A stretch of 64,000 nucleotides of DNA. It comes from an uncultured bacterium. Its GTDB lineage: Bacteria; Fidelibacterota; Marinisomatia; Marinisomatales; UBA1611. Made by a program: the position numbers and the translations under genes. Positions within the stretch are counted from its first letter, which is position 1. The number at the start of each line of letters is the position of its first letter. The DNA lies in NCBI GenBank assembly GCA_943788175.1, contig CALSPG010000005.1, positions 64,001 through 128,000 on the forward strand, written 5' to 3'. The notes under the pieces are model-generated. The model searched no databases, had not been told where the DNA came from, and saw nothing but the letters and a program-made list of their open reading frames with translations. This document shows positions 40,773 through 52,228 of the stretch, piece by piece.

Positions 40773-42365
40773 TTAGTCTGAAACTAAAAACTCCGGCTTT
40801 TTTCTGTGCATTGTTTTTTGTTCATAAGCGTATGCCATCTCTATCAATTTTGGTTCACTCCATTCTTTACCGTAAAAAGAGATTCCAACTGGTACATTAT
40901 CGATAAAGCCCATAGGGACATTAATATTCGGGTAGCCAGATAAGGCTGCAAAAACAGTTGTTGATATATAGTATTTATCTCCATTTACTAAATCTGTTTT
41001 CCAAGCAGGACTACCTGTCGGGGAAATAAACGCATCTAAATTATATTTTTTCATCACTCTATCAATCCCCATTTCTCTTGTAGCCGTTTTCATTTCTTGA
41101 ATAGCTTCTTTGTAGGCTTTTGAATTTAAGTCTCCTTTGGTCTCTGCGTTTTCTAATCTCTCGATATTAAAGTAAAGCATTTCAACACTGTCTAATAAAG
41201 TTTGATTTATGAGGTCTTTAAGGTCTTTTACTATAGCGTTTGGTCCTAAGCTATCAAAATATTTTTTTAATCCATCTTTAAATTCATATGCCATGACTTC
41301 TAATGAATGCTTTTCTGGGCTGTTTTTATTATCATTATTTTGGAAAATATTATCAATATGAATTATCTCTGCTCCACTTTCCGTTAAATCTTTGATCGCC
41401 CCTTGCATGAGAAAATCTACCCTGTGATTCTTGCCTTCCATAGTCTTGACATACCCGATTCTTTTATTCTGTAGGCCATTAACATTCAAAAATTTAGTAT
41501 AGTCATTATAGTAATTATTTTTGCTCTTTTTTGTTTTTTTATCGTTGTTATCAACGCCAGTTACCGCTCCAAGAATAATTGCGGCATCTCTAACTGTGCG
41601 AGACATTGGCCCGGCTGTATCTTGAGTGTAACTAATAGGGACTATTCCAGACCTACTCCAAAGTCCAACAGTTGGCTTGATTCCAACTATTCCGTTTGCA
41701 TTTGAAGGACACATAATAGAGCCCCAGGTTTCAGTACCAATAGAGACAACACATAAATTGGCAGAAACGGAGACAGCTGATCCTGAGCTAGAGCCACAAG
41801 GGTTTCTATCTAAAACATAAGGGTTTTTTGTTTGTCCAGAAATTCCGCTCCATCCACTCGAAGAATAAGATGATCTATAATTAGCCCATTCACTTAAGTT
41901 CGTTTTACCAAGAATAATTGCGCCTGAAGCTTTTAATTTTTTTGCTACCCAGCTATCTCTCAACGGGAACGACTCTTTTAAAATTCTAGATCCTGCAGTA
42001 GTTGGCATTTTTCCTCTCACATCAATATTATCTTTTAGAAGTACTGGAATCCCAAAAAGAGGTCCTTTTTTCTTTCCGAGCTTATGCCTTTCATCAAGTG
42101 AGTCAGCAATAGAAAGAGCATCTGGATTAATCACGATTATTGAATTAAGTCGTGGCCCTGACTGATCAATACTTTTTATACGATCAATATAGTTGCTAAC
42201 CAGTTCTTTAACGGTAAAGTGATTATTATCGTACCCAGAATGAATATCAGCAATCGTAATTTCATCAAGTTGAGAATTAAGAATTTGATATGCATTTTTA
42301 GCTTTATTGCACGAAAAAGATAATAGACTAATTAAACAGAAATAAAGAAGAGTATACATTTTCAT
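40773..42365 (-). CDS. Amidase-signature family amidase (lipoprotein)
   Basis: LLKDNID, GKTNLSEWAN, CGSSSGS and GTETWGSI motifs; lipobox LSFSC. Confidence 0.93.
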   Translation of the reverse strand: MKMYTLLYFCLISLLSFSCNKAKNAYQILNSQLDEITIADIHSGYDNNHFTVKELVSNYIDRIKSIDQSGPRLNSIIVINPDALSIADSLDERHKLGKKKGPLFGIPVLLKDNIDVRGKMPTTAGSRILKESFPLRDSWVAKKLKASGAIILGKTNLSEWANYRSSYSSSGWSGISGQTKNPYVLDRNPCGSSSGSAVSVSANLCVVSIGTETWGSIMCPSNANGIVGIKPTVGLWSRSGIVPISYTQDTAGPMSRTVRDAAIILGAVTGVDNNDKKTKKSKNNYYNDYTKFLNVNGLQNKRIGYVKTMEGKNHRVDFLMQGAIKDLTESGAEIIHIDNIFQNNDNKNSPEKHSLEVMAYEFKDGLKKYFDSLGPNAIVKDLKDLINQTLLDSVEMLYFNIERLENAETKGDLNSKAYKEAIQEMKTATREMGIDRVMKKYNLDAFISPTGSPAWKTDLVNGDKYYISTTVFAALSGYPNINVPMGFIDNVPVGISFYGKEWSEPKLIEMAYAYEQKTMHRKKPEFLVSD

Positions 42366-42488
42366 AATAATAAAATCCTCGATAGTTATTTATTGCTAGA
42401 AGATATGTTTAATTTAACTTTATATCATGTCGAATAAAAAAAGAGCGTATGAAGCTTTCAGCTGATATCAATAAAAAATATAATCTAT

Positions 42489-43484
42489 ATGTTAAATAAG
42501 AAAGGCAATAGCATTTCATTTGGAGTTTGGTTCCAATATGTAAACAGATCAGAAAAAAAATGGAGAACCTATTTTCAAAAATATAAAAATTCAGGTATTA
42601 TTAATTATTTCATTCAGGGTACCCCGAGCCAATTAAAAAAAATAATTATTATAACTAAAAGTATGGAAATAAATATTCATGCTTGGGTTTGGGCGTTAAA
42701 CCGGCCAAAAGATGAAGTAGCTATGAATAATTTAGACTGGTATTCTGTTAATAGAGAGGGACGAAATAGTTATGACTCCCGACCATATGTTGATTACTAT
42801 CAATGGCTTAGTCCTTTCAGTCCTGGAGCTAGAAAACATATAAAAAAAAATATAAAAGAATTTTCCGAGTTAGATGGACTGGCTTCTGTGCATTTAGATT
42901 ACGTAAGATATTGTGATGTGATACTCCCGATAGCTCTTCAGCCAAAATATAACCTAGTTCAAAAAGATGAAATGCCTCAATATGATTTTGGGTACCATAA
43001 AGAAGCAAGACGGGAGTATAAAGAAATTTATAATGTTGATCCGATTAAAATTGAAGATCCACAACGTGATAATAACTGGTTAAAATTTAGATTAGATGCA
43101 TTAACAAGCTTAGTAAACCAATTAGTTGAGATTGCTCATAAAAATGGAACCAAGCTTTCTGCAGCTGTATTCCCTTTCCCAGAAATGTCTCGTAGAATGG
43201 TTAGACAAGACTGGTCATCTTGGAACCTAGACATTGTTTGTCCCATGAATTACCATCATTTTTATAATAAAGATTTAGACTGGATAAAGTTTAGCGTTGA
43301 ACAAGGTATTAAAGAAATTGGAACCCAGGTTGAATATTATTCAGGCTTATTTGTAGGCTCTTTACCACCGGTTGAATTAAAAGAAGCTATAATAAAGTCA
43401 ATAAATGGGGGAGCTACGGGTGTAAATTTTTTTAGTATTAAAAATTTAACTGAAAAACATTTAAAAATTATTAAATCTGTCTAA
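42489..43484 (+). CDS. Glycoside-hydrolase-like TIM barrel (GHL10/DUF187 family)
   Basis: IHAW, VHLDYVRY, LSAAVFP, VRQDW and PMNY motifs. Confidence 0.75.
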   Translation: MLNKKGNSISFGVWFQYVNRSEKKWRTYFQKYKNSGIINYFIQGTPSQLKKIIIITKSMEINIHAWVWALNRPKDEVAMNNLDWYSVNREGRNSYDSRPYVDYYQWLSPFSPGARKHIKKNIKEFSELDGLASVHLDYVRYCDVILPIALQPKYNLVQKDEMPQYDFGYHKEARREYKEIYNVDPIKIEDPQRDNNWLKFRLDALTSLVNQLVEIAHKNGTKLSAAVFPFPEMSRRMVRQDWSSWNLDIVCPMNYHHFYNKDLDWIKFSVEQGIKEIGTQVEYYSGLFVGSLPPVELKEAIIKSINGGATGVNFFSIKNLTEKHLKIIKSV

Positions 43485-43557
43485 TATGTATCAAAAACTA
43501 TATAACTTGGAACAACGTTTTAAAATTAACGTATGAAATGTTATCGGGGTAAGTCAG

Positions 43558-43881
43558 TTGAAGGTTGATAAAAAGAGTCTATTTCTAGGTATAAGCTTAC
43601 GTGCGATATTTACAGTAGTAATTTTTCTATCATTCGGGGATGCTAACACTGACTTTTCTTTTCAAATAGGCGATAATATTCGTGGCGACTTAAAAAAAGA
43701 TATAAATGTAAGTATTGAAAAAACTATCGAAAATGGGATTGAAAAAGTTATGGTTCTTGTTAATGCGAGTGGGGATGTTTTGAAGGAAGATGTTGAAGAA
43801 GAGTTAAATAGAGTATTTAAAGAAAATAATATTAACAAGGACGATCCAAGTATAAATATTGACATTAATATAAACAGTTAG
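43558..43881 (+). CDS. Small hypothetical protein with N-terminal TM segment
   Basis: 107-aa ORF with TTG start filling the intergenic space; hydrophobic N-terminus. Confidence 0.5.
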   Translation: MKVDKKSLFLGISLRAIFTVVIFLSFGDANTDFSFQIGDNIRGDLKKDINVSIEKTIENGIEKVMVLVNASGDVLKEDVEEELNRVFKENNINKDDPSINIDININS

Positions 43882-43911
43882 ATACGTTGTTTTAATAATA
43901 TAAAATCAGAC

Positions 43912-43934
43912 CCTGCATTATTCGCAGGATTTTT
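43912..43934 (+). terminator. Weak intrinsic terminator candidate
   Basis: CCTGC-7 nt-GCAGG followed by ATTTTT. Confidence 0.35.
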
Positions 43935-43960
43935 ATTCTTGAATAAAACTTTAAAAAACT

Positions 43961-45307
43961 TTGAAATTTAAAAGACATATATATTTATTAATAATCTTTG
44001 TATCTACCACCATAGCTCAAGATTATGATGTTTCTGAGTGTATTAAAATAGCAATCGACAGAAAAGGTACCTTGGTTTCGGCAGGCTTAGATGTGGAATC
44101 TGCCAGTCAAGGGCTTCTAGGATCTTATAGTGGGTTGCTCCCTTCTTTAAATTTCTCCACTGCAAGTGGTAAGACAAAATATCCTGATCAAGAAATAATC
44201 ATCCCAGATTTAGTGAACCTTGAAATTGATACTGTTAGTTCAGGAGAATCGAGTTATATGTCAGCAGGCTTATCGATAAATCAAACAATTTACAATGGCG
44301 GCAAATCATTAAATACAGTAAAGCAGGCCAAAGTAAACTTAAAAATAGCAAAGTTAAGAAAAAGGAACACAAAAATACAGGTTATTCAAAATGTGACATC
44401 TTCATATTATGGGTTATTAAAAGCGCAACAATTGCTGGAAGTTGCTTTAAAAAATCTTAGTTTGTCAGAAAAGCAAGTTAACCTCGTGCAAAAACAATTT
44501 GAACTAGGAGCTGTAAGAAAAACTGATTTACTTAAAGCAAACGTTTCTATGGGGCAAGCCAAAGTGGAGCTTTTAAATAGGAAAACATCTTTGGAAAATT
44601 CTAGAAGACAATTATTTAATGATATGGGTATGATAGATTTTGGACAATCAATCCAAGCTAAAAGTAGTGATTGGATACCGGTTTCAGTCCCATCTAGTGC
44701 AGAAGCGTTAGGGTTATTAAAAGAAAAAAACCCCAATGTATTGATTCAAAAAGCTGCGATAGAAATTGGCAATATCCAATTTAAAATAGCTAAAGGTATG
44801 AGGTCTCCATCTGCTTTTGCATCAATTGATTATTCTGCAAGTGGTGATAACAGCGAACAATTAAAAGAATCTTTAAAAGATGATTGGAGATTAGGCGTAA
44901 GTATGGCTATAAACTTCCCAATATTTTCGGGGAATTCATTATCTACTGCTCAACAGCAGGCAAAACTATCTCAGAGAAAATATGAGAATGACTATCTAAC
45001 ATTTTTAAATGATTTACGTGTTCAAGTTGAACTAATTAGAAAGTCTATAATGAATTATTCTGAAATAATTCCAATTAACCAGGATGTTGTTTCTGCTGCA
45101 GAAGAAGACCTTAAACTTGCACAGAAAAGATATAGCATTGGTTCAGCAACGATCTTAGAAGTACTAGATGCTCAGGTCTCATTAATTCGGTCTAATTCAA
45201 CTCTTATAAATACAGTTCATGATGCAAGAATACAAGAAATGAGACTTAAGGCTTTGTTAGGAATGTTAGATTTAGAATATCAAACTAAAGAAGAAGAAAT
45301 AAAATAA
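43961..45307 (+). CDS. TolC-family outer membrane efflux protein
   Basis: Two OEP repeats (LLPSL, FELGAVRKTDLL, RYSIGSATILEVLDAQ). Confidence 0.92.
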   Translation: MKFKRHIYLLIIFVSTTIAQDYDVSECIKIAIDRKGTLVSAGLDVESASQGLLGSYSGLLPSLNFSTASGKTKYPDQEIIIPDLVNLEIDTVSSGESSYMSAGLSINQTIYNGGKSLNTVKQAKVNLKIAKLRKRNTKIQVIQNVTSSYYGLLKAQQLLEVALKNLSLSEKQVNLVQKQFELGAVRKTDLLKANVSMGQAKVELLNRKTSLENSRRQLFNDMGMIDFGQSIQAKSSDWIPVSVPSSAEALGLLKEKNPNVLIQKAAIEIGNIQFKIAKGMRSPSAFASIDYSASGDNSEQLKESLKDDWRLGVSMAINFPIFSGNSLSTAQQQAKLSQRKYENDYLTFLNDLRVQVELIRKSIMNYSEIIPINQDVVSAAEEDLKLAQKRYSIGSATILEVLDAQVSLIRSNSTLINTVHDARIQEMRLKALLGMLDLEYQTKEEEIK

Positions 45308-46554
45308 TGTTAGAAGTAATAAAGAAAAAAACTGTTTGGGTGTCATTAGTGGCAACTTGCCTCCTAAGCATTGGCTTTTATTTAAAATATTATAAATCCG
45401 ATGACTTGCCTACTGTTACAGCAGAATTAGTTGAAAAACGAGATATCGTTCATAAGGTGAATGCGAGTGGAACCATTCAGCCAGAAGAAGAAGTTCAAAT
45501 TACTTCAATGGTTTCAGGATGGATCACAAATATTACAGTACTCGAGGGAGATACTGTAAAACCAGGACAACATCTTATTAGTATTGATAAAAAACAATAT
45601 CAAGCTGCTTATGACCAAGCTTTATCTCAGGTTAGATCTGCAAAAGCAAATTTAAAAAATATTAAATCACAACTAGATAGAACTAAAACTTTATTTAGCC
45701 AAAAACTGATTTCAAAGCAGGAACTCGAGCAAATTGAAGCATCATATGAGTTGGCTTCTAGCCAAGTAGAGCAGGCTAGAGCAGCTTTGCTTTCGAGAGA
45801 AGACGAACTTTCTAAGACAAAATTAGTAGCACCTAAATATGGTATAGTTACAAGTCTCTCAAAAGAAGAAGGTGAAATGGCCCTAGGTGGTATGTTTAAC
45901 CCTGGAGTCTTAATGACAATAGCAGACCTTAGTTATATGGAGGTGCTGGTTGATGTAAATGAAAATGATGTTGTTACGATAGATGTAGGCGATACAACTG
46001 AAATTGAAATTGATGCTTTTCCAGATACTCTTTTTTATGGACTGGTAAGTGAAATTGCTCATACAGCGCAAAATTTAAATATGGGTGGTCAGCAACAAGT
46101 AACAAACTTTAAAGTAAAGGTCAAAATTTTAAATCCACCTGAAAAAATTAGGCCAGGGATGAGCAGTACGGTAAACATTATTTCTCAAACAATTAAAAAT
46201 ACGATTTCTGTTCCTATTCAATCTCTCGTTTCAAGACCTAAAAATTTTGAAGATCTTAAACACGGTAATCAGGAGGAAAGAGACTGGGATGATGAAGAGT
46301 ACTCTAGCATTGAAGAAAGCATCGATGTTGTATTTATTCTAGTAGATGTATTTGATGGGGAAAAAGTATCTAATGGTGAAAAGTATGCAGTAGTAAAACC
46401 TGTTGACGTCGGTCTTTCTAGTGAAGATTATTATTCTGTTCAGTCTGGTGTAGCAAGTGGGAATTTAATTGTTACGGGTAGGTATAGGGTATTGAGCAAA
46501 GAGCTACAACATGGTATGAAAGTATCATTTAAACAAGATTTACCATCAAATTAA
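45307..46554 (+). CDS. Periplasmic adaptor (MacA-like membrane fusion protein)
   Basis: [16 protein letters not shown], coiled-coil hairpin, IRPGMS. Confidence 0.92.
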   Translation: MLEVIKKKTVWVSLVATCLLSIGFYLKYYKSDDLPTVTAELVEKRDIVHKVNASGTIQPEEEVQITSMVSGWITNITVLEGDTVKPGQHLISIDKKQYQAAYDQALSQVRSAKANLKNIKSQLDRTKTLFSQKLISKQELEQIEASYELASSQVEQARAALLSREDELSKTKLVAPKYGIVTSLSKEEGEMALGGMFNPGVLMTIADLSYMEVLVDVNENDVVTIDVGDTTEIEIDAFPDTLFYGLVSEIAHTAQNLNMGGQQQVTNFKVKVKILNPPEKIRPGMSSTVNIISQTIKNTISVPIQSLVSRPKNFEDLKHGNQEERDWDDEEYSSIEESIDVVFILVDVFDGEKVSNGEKYAVVKPVDVGLSSEDYYSVQSGVASGNLIVTGRYRVLSKELQHGMKVSFKQDLPSN

Positions 46555-46592
46555 TTGACAAGTTTAGAGTTCCTATAAAAAGTTTATACGTA

Positions 46593-47282
46593 ATGAAATT
46601 AATCGGGTTAAAAGATATTTACAAGATTTACAATGTAGGGGGTGAAGAAGTTCGAGCACTCGATGGTGTTGATCTAAAAATTAACAATAATGAATACATG
46701 GCAATAATGGGTCCGTCTGGGTCTGGAAAATCTACAATGATGAATATGATTGGCTGTCTGGATTCTCCTAGTTCGGGGTTATATGAGTTTGAAGGTGAAA
46801 AAGTACACATTATGGATGATGGCCAGTTAGCTTCAATAAGAAATCGTAAAATTGGATTTGTATTTCAGACTTTTAACCTCCTACCAAAAGCCAGTGCTTT
46901 ACACAATGTCGAGATTCCGCTTGTTTACGCAAATATAAAAAAAGAAAAAAGATTAAAAATGGCTTCTGATGCCTTAATCAGCGTTGGTCTTGAAGACAGA
47001 ATGCACCATCGCCCGAATGAATTATCTGGAGGGCAGAGACAACGGGTGGCAATTGCTAGGGCACTTGTCAATAATCCTTCCATCATTCTTGCTGATGAGC
47101 CAACTGGTAACCTTGATTCGAAAAGTGGACATGAAATAATGAAAATTTTTGATGAATTGCATAGGAACGGGAATACAATAATCTTAGTAACGCATGAAGA
47201 TGATATTGCGAAATACTCTAATCGCATAGTGCGTTTATTAGATGGAAAAATTGTCAAAGATGAAATAGTTGTAAAAAATTGA
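46593..47282 (+). CDS. MacB/LolD-type ABC ATP-binding protein
   Basis: [17 protein letters not shown] and ADEPTGNLD motifs. Confidence 0.95.
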   Translation: MKLIGLKDIYKIYNVGGEEVRALDGVDLKINNNEYMAIMGPSGSGKSTMMNMIGCLDSPSSGLYEFEGEKVHIMDDGQLASIRNRKIGFVFQTFNLLPKASALHNVEIPLVYANIKKEKRLKMASDALISVGLEDRMHHRPNELSGGQRQRVAIARALVNNPSIILADEPTGNLDSKSGHEIMKIFDELHRNGNTIILVTHEDDIAKYSNRIVRLLDGKIVKDEIVVKN

Positions 47283-48490
47283 TTTCTTTATTCTATGAAA
47301 ACTTAAAGATTTCATTGGTTGCTGTTTTTGCAAATAAAACGAAATCGTTACTAACGGCACTAGGCATAATAATTGGCGTTCTATCTGTAACTTTAATGGG
47401 CACACTTATTTCTGGGTTAGACCGTTCATTTGAGAGCAGCATGTCGTGGCTTGGTAAAGATGTTTTATACGTCAGTCGCTATGAGTGGTTTAGTGATATG
47501 GAATGGTGGGAAGTAAAGAACAGGCCAAGGATGAGGTCAGAATATGTAGATAAAATTAAAAATTTATCGAAGTACGCTCTAGCGGTGTCGCCGGTAATGC
47601 AGCGAACAGCATCTTTATCATATGCAGATAAAGAGACGCGAACGGAAATATTTGGGACCAATGAAGAGTACATGGAAACAATTAGTACTGATTTGGATTT
47701 AGGGCGATTTTTTTCTTTAAGCGAGGACAGAAATGGTTCTAGGGTTACAATTATTGGATATGGTTTAAAAGAAGCTTTTTTTGGCTCTGATAACCCGATA
47801 GGTAAATATATAAAAATTGATAATATAAAATTCAGAGTTATTGGTGTACTAGAAAAACAAGGAAAGTTCTTGGGTTTATTTAGTGTTGATAATCAAGCCA
47901 TCCTTCCTTTGGGGGCTTATAATAGGATTTTTTCGAAACGCGGTTGGATGCGTCTAAGTGTAAAAGTTCCTGAACAAAAAATTGAGGATGGTCATGATGA
48001 AATTACTGGTATCATGAGGCAAATACGCGGACTTAAACCAAGTGAAAAAAGTGACTTTGCCATCAATAAAACAAAAGCATTCGAGGCGCAGTACAACAAA
48101 TTAAAACTTGCCATAGGGGGCACGGGATATTTTATCACATTATTGTCTCTTATAGTTGGGGGCATTGGAATAATGAATATTATGTTTGTTACGGTAAAAG
48201 AAAGGACACGAGAGATTGGAGTTCGAAAAGCAATTGGAGCAACAAATGGCATGATTTTAAGTCAGTTTCTTATGGAGGCAGTTACAATATGTTTTTTTGC
48301 AGGGCTAATTGGACTGTTATTAGCTTACATAATTAGTTTATTTATTAATCAAGTTTTTCCATCGACTTTGCCCTTAGGACTTTCACTGTTTTCAATTTTT
48401 ATTAGTATGTTGGTTGGAATACTCTCTGGAATAATCCCCGCATATAAAGCTTCAAAACTTGACCCAATAGATGCTTTGAGGTATGAATAA
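47279..48490 (+). CDS. MacB/FtsX-type ABC permease
   Basis: [32 protein letters not shown] and DPIDALRYE motifs. Confidence 0.93.
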   Translation: MISLFYENLKISLVAVFANKTKSLLTALGIIIGVLSVTLMGTLISGLDRSFESSMSWLGKDVLYVSRYEWFSDMEWWEVKNRPRMRSEYVDKIKNLSKYALAVSPVMQRTASLSYADKETRTEIFGTNEEYMETISTDLDLGRFFSLSEDRNGSRVTIIGYGLKEAFFGSDNPIGKYIKIDNIKFRVIGVLEKQGKFLGLFSVDNQAILPLGAYNRIFSKRGWMRLSVKVPEQKIEDGHDEITGIMRQIRGLKPSEKSDFAINKTKAFEAQYNKLKLAIGGTGYFITLLSLIVGGIGIMNIMFVTVKERTREIGVRKAIGATNGMILSQFLMEAVTICFFAGLIGLLLAYIISLFINQVFPSTLPLGLSLFSIFISMLVGILSGIIPAYKASKLDPIDALRYE

Positions 48491-49739
48491 AGTGCTTTCA
48501 AGAAGCTTAAAAAATATCCTCCGTGAAAGTTTTTATATGGCTATTGATGCAATTAGACAAAACAAGCTTAGATCGTCCCTGACTTTGATAGGAATAAGTA
48601 TTGGTGTCTTTTCAGTAATTGGAGTGATGACTGCAATAAGGACATTAGAATCATCAGTTGCTTCTGGTCTTAATGTTTTTGCAGCAAATACATTTGTAAT
48701 TCAAAAATTCCCGGCAATACAAATTGGGAGGCGAACAAAAAACTATAGAAACAGAAAAAATATAGACTTTAGCCAATACAAAAAATTAAAACAAAAAGCT
48801 AAGCTTCCTGTTCTTATCAGTGTTAATGAGGGTCAGTCAATAAGGAATGTCAAATACAAGGATAAAATAGTTAAAAATTATATAGAATTATTTGGTGGCG
48901 ATGAAGGCAGTATAAGGATGGTTAATACTTTTATTTCTGAGGGAAGAAACATTGCCCCAGACGATGTGAGATATGCAAGGAACGTATGCATCTTAGGAAT
49001 GGATGTTGTAGATAGACTTTTTCCTTTTGAAAATCCGCTTTCAAAAAAAATACAACTAAATGGATTGGATTATCATGTTATTGGTATTGCTGAAAGGAAA
49101 GGAGAAGCATTCGGTCAAAGTCAAGATAACTATATTGCTATTCCAATTACAAATTTTTTACAAAAGTTTTCAAATAAGTGGACATCCTTAAGTATAAATG
49201 TAGAGGCTCGTTCTGAATTAGAATATGAAAAAACAAGACAAGAAGTGATTGGAATTATGCGATCAATACGGAAAGTAAGCCCGGGAGATGAAAATGATTT
49301 TGAGATTGTGACAAGTGATGAAATGATTGAAACTCTTTCAGGGTTTACTAACGGAATAAAGCTTTTTGCGCTAATGGTAAGTGTAATTGCACTGATTGTG
49401 GCTGGAATTGGAATCATGAATATAATGCTGGTTTCTGTTACGGAGAGAATTAAAGAAATTGGGATAAGAAAAGCGATTGGAGCAACAAAGCAAGATATCT
49501 TGACGCAGTTTTTAATGGAGGCTGTTTTTTTGAGTGAATTTGGTGGAATTGCTGGTATTATATTTGGCATAGGCGCAGGGAATATTGTTTCTTTTGTTTT
49601 TAATATACCTGCTGTAATACCGATGGATTGGGCTGTTATTGGACTTTTAGTTTGTTCAATTATTGGGATTGGTTTTGGTATATACCCAGCCTGGAAAGCG
49701 GCCCAGCTTGATCCAATTGAATCACTCCGCTTCGAATAA
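48483..49739 (+). CDS. MacB/FtsX-type ABC permease (second paralog)
   Basis: [31 protein letters not shown] and DPIESLRFE motifs. Confidence 0.93.
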   Translation: MNKVLSRSLKNILRESFYMAIDAIRQNKLRSSLTLIGISIGVFSVIGVMTAIRTLESSVASGLNVFAANTFVIQKFPAIQIGRRTKNYRNRKNIDFSQYKKLKQKAKLPVLISVNEGQSIRNVKYKDKIVKNYIELFGGDEGSIRMVNTFISEGRNIAPDDVRYARNVCILGMDVVDRLFPFENPLSKKIQLNGLDYHVIGIAERKGEAFGQSQDNYIAIPITNFLQKFSNKWTSLSINVEARSELEYEKTRQEVIGIMRSIRKVSPGDENDFEIVTSDEMIETLSGFTNGIKLFALMVSVIALIVAGIGIMNIMLVSVTERIKEIGIRKAIGATKQDILTQFLMEAVFLSEFGGIAGIIFGIGAGNIVSFVFNIPAVIPMDWAVIGLLVCSIIGIGFGIYPAWKAAQLDPIESLRFE

Positions 49740-49869
49740 ATTTTCTTTTACAAAAAGGAAGGCTAAGTTTCACAACAAAAACTATGCCTAATTCATTACA
49801 TATAAACGCAGTCACCTACTATACGAGAGCAATAATGATGATTTATAAATTTAATTTTATTATGAAATA

Positions 49870-50589
49870 ATGGTAGTAGGCGTTATCCCAGCAAGAATTG
49901 GTTCGAAGAGGTTTCCTAAAAAAATATTAGTGGATATTAATGGTAAACCTATGATTGCGCATGTTGCAGAAAGAGCTAAGCAATCAAAGCTTTTAGATAA
50001 GGTTATCGTGGCAATAGATTCTGAAGAAACGAAGCAAGTTTTGTCTGATTTTGATTTTGAACTAGTCATGACTAGTGAGAAGCATTCAAGTGGAACAGAT
50101 CGGGTTTCTCAAGTTATAAAAGAGATAGATGAGGCTGAAGTAGTTATCAATATTCAGGGTGATGAACCATTGTTGAATCCCGGCTTAATTGATGGGCTTA
50201 TAAAACTATTTGATGACCCTACAGTAACAATGGCTACGGTAGTAAGTCGCAATATAGGTATTAGAGATTATCTAGATAGAAACATAGTGAAAGCCTTTTT
50301 AGATGAACATCAAAATGCATATGATTTTAAGCGCGATATTTATGACTCAGATATTGGTGGCGTTTTTAGGCACATAGGCTTTTATGGTTTTCAAAGAGAA
50401 ACTCTTTTTGAATTTGCTTCAATGCCGGTCTCAAAAAATGAAATTAAATATTCACTTGAACAGTTCCGAGCGTTAGATAATGATATAGAAATTAAGGCAC
50501 TAATAACAAATTCAGAGCAACATGCAGTTGATACCCCTCAAGATCTAGATTATGTGATTGCTAAGTTGAATAAAGAAAAAATTAATTAA
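49870..50589 (+). CDS. kdsB: 3-deoxy-manno-octulosonate cytidylyltransferase
   Basis: IPARIGSKRFPKK, SGTDR, NIQGDEP and LEQFRAL motifs. Confidence 0.93.
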   Translation: MVVGVIPARIGSKRFPKKILVDINGKPMIAHVAERAKQSKLLDKVIVAIDSEETKQVLSDFDFELVMTSEKHSSGTDRVSQVIKEIDEAEVVINIQGDEPLLNPGLIDGLIKLFDDPTVTMATVVSRNIGIRDYLDRNIVKAFLDEHQNAYDFKRDIYDSDIGGVFRHIGFYGFQRETLFEFASMPVSKNEIKYSLEQFRALDNDIEIKALITNSEQHAVDTPQDLDYVIAKLNKEKIN

Positions 50590-50602
50590 TAGGATATTTA
50601 TA

Positions 50603-52228
50603 ATGTCTTCAAAAAATCCCACTAAATATATATTTGTACTTGGCGGAGTTATGTCTGGCTTGGGCAAGGGTATTGCGGCCTCATCTATTGGCTACATATT
50701 AAAAAACTCAGGTCTAAGAGTTACAATTTTGAAATTGGATCCATATTTAAATGTTGATCCCGGGACAATGAATCCTTATCAGCATGGCGAAGTATTTGTT
50801 TTAGATGATGGTTCTGAAACAGATCTTGATTTAGGTCACTATGAACGTTTCATAGATATAAGCATGACAAAAAACAATAATGCAACAGCAGGCCAGATAT
50901 ACAGCACAGTGCTAGACAAAGAACGAAAAGGCGAGTATCTCGGTCAGACTGTTCAAGTAATTCCTCATGTAACCGATGAAATCATAAAAAGAATAAAGAG
51001 TGTAAATAAACCAAAGAAATACGATGTCGTAATTTGTGAAGTCGGGGGTACTGTTGGAGACATAGAAAGCTTGCCTTTTATGGAAGCAATTCGACAGTTG
51101 TCCTTAAATGTTGGACGTGAAAATCATTTGATAATGCACGTGACTTTATTACCATATGTTAAAGCTAGTGGTGAACTTAAATCAAAGCCAACTCAACACT
51201 CAGTTATGAAGTTAAGAGAAATTGGACTTACGCCAGATATGATTTTGTGCCGTTCAGATCATAAAATAGATAAATCGGTTAGAGAAAAAATCGCTCTATT
51301 TTGTAATGTGAGGGCAGACCATGTTTTTGAAGGTAGAGATGTTAGTAGTATTTATGAGGTTCCATTATTATTGCATAAACAAAACATGGGTCATTTAGTT
51401 AATGAGCGTTTACAATTAGATAAAGAGCCTGAATTAACTAAGTTAAAAAATTTCGTACACAATTACAAAAATCCTGAGGTAGAGGTTTTAATTGCGATGT
51501 GTGGTAAATACACTGAACTCATTGATTCCTATAAAAGTGTTTTAGAATCTTTTGTCCATGCAGGAGTTGAGAACAATACAAGAGTAAATATTAAATGGGT
51601 CAAAACAGATAAAATCACAAATGATACGACTGCAAAAAAAGAGTTTAAAAATGTTGATGGTATTTTAATATTACCTGGTTTTGGGGCAAGGGGAAGCGAA
51701 GGAAAAATTTTATCTTCCAAATATGCTAGGGAAAATAATGTGCCTTTTTTTGGAATATGTTTAGGTATGCAATGTGCTATTATTGACTTTGCTAGGAACG
51801 TGTGTGGATTAAAAGGAGCCAATTCAACAGAGTTTAACAAACGTACAAAACACCCAGTAATTGATTTGATGGAATCACAAAAAGCGATAAAAATCAAGGG
51901 CGGTACTATGAGACTTGGAGCGTATGACTGCACTATTAAACCTGGGACAAAAGCATTCTCAGCATATAGATCGAAAAAGGTTTCTGAGAGACATAGGCAT
52001 CGTTTCGAAGTAAACAATAGGTACAAAAAAAAGCTTGAAAAAGCTGGAATGATCATCTCTGGAGTTAATGAAGAGTTAGGGGTTGTAGAAACAATTGAGA
52101 TAAGTGAACACCCGTGGTTTGTTGCTGGTCAGTTTCACCCAGAATTAAAGAGTCGTGTAAATAAAGCTCATCCCCTTTTCAGAGAATTTATAAAATCGTC
52201 AAAAAAATATAATGCGAAGAGGAAATAA
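50603..52228 (+). CDS. pyrG: CTP synthase
   Basis: GLGKG, DPYLNVDPGTM, GICLGMQ, ERHRHRFE and QFHPE motifs. Confidence 0.98.
   Translation: MSSKNPTKYIFVLGGVMSGLGKGIAASSIGYILKNSGLRVTILKLDPYLNVDPGTMNPYQHGEVFVLDDGSETDLDLGHYERFIDISMTKNNNATAGQIYSTVLDKERKGEYLGQTVQVIPHVTDEIIKRIKSVNKPKKYDVVICEVGGTVGDIESLPFMEAIRQLSLNVGRENHLIMHVTLLPYVKASGELKSKPTQHSVMKLREIGLTPDMILCRSDHKIDKSVREKIALFCNVRADHVFEGRDVSSIYEVPLLLHKQNMGHLVNERLQLDKEPELTKLKNFVHNYKNPEVEVLIAMCGKYTELIDSYKSVLESFVHAGVENNTRVNIKWVKTDKITNDTTAKKEFKNVDGILILPGFGARGSEGKILSSKYARENNVPFFGICLGMQCAIIDFARNVCGLKGANSTEFNKRTKHPVIDLMESQKAIKIKGGTMRLGAYDCTIKPGTKAFSAYRSKKVSERHRHRFEVNNRYKKKLEKAGMIISGVNEELGVVETIEISEHPWFVAGQFHPELKSRVNKAHPLFREFIKSSKKYNAKRK

Noticed and set aside
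49784-49870. 28-codon ORF (MPNSLHINAVTYYTRAIMMIYKFNFIMK) whose TAA overlaps the kdsB ATG
   Set aside because: No SD, no attenuator hairpin and no telling codon runs; plausible by chance in AT-rich DNA. Ribo-seq would be needed.
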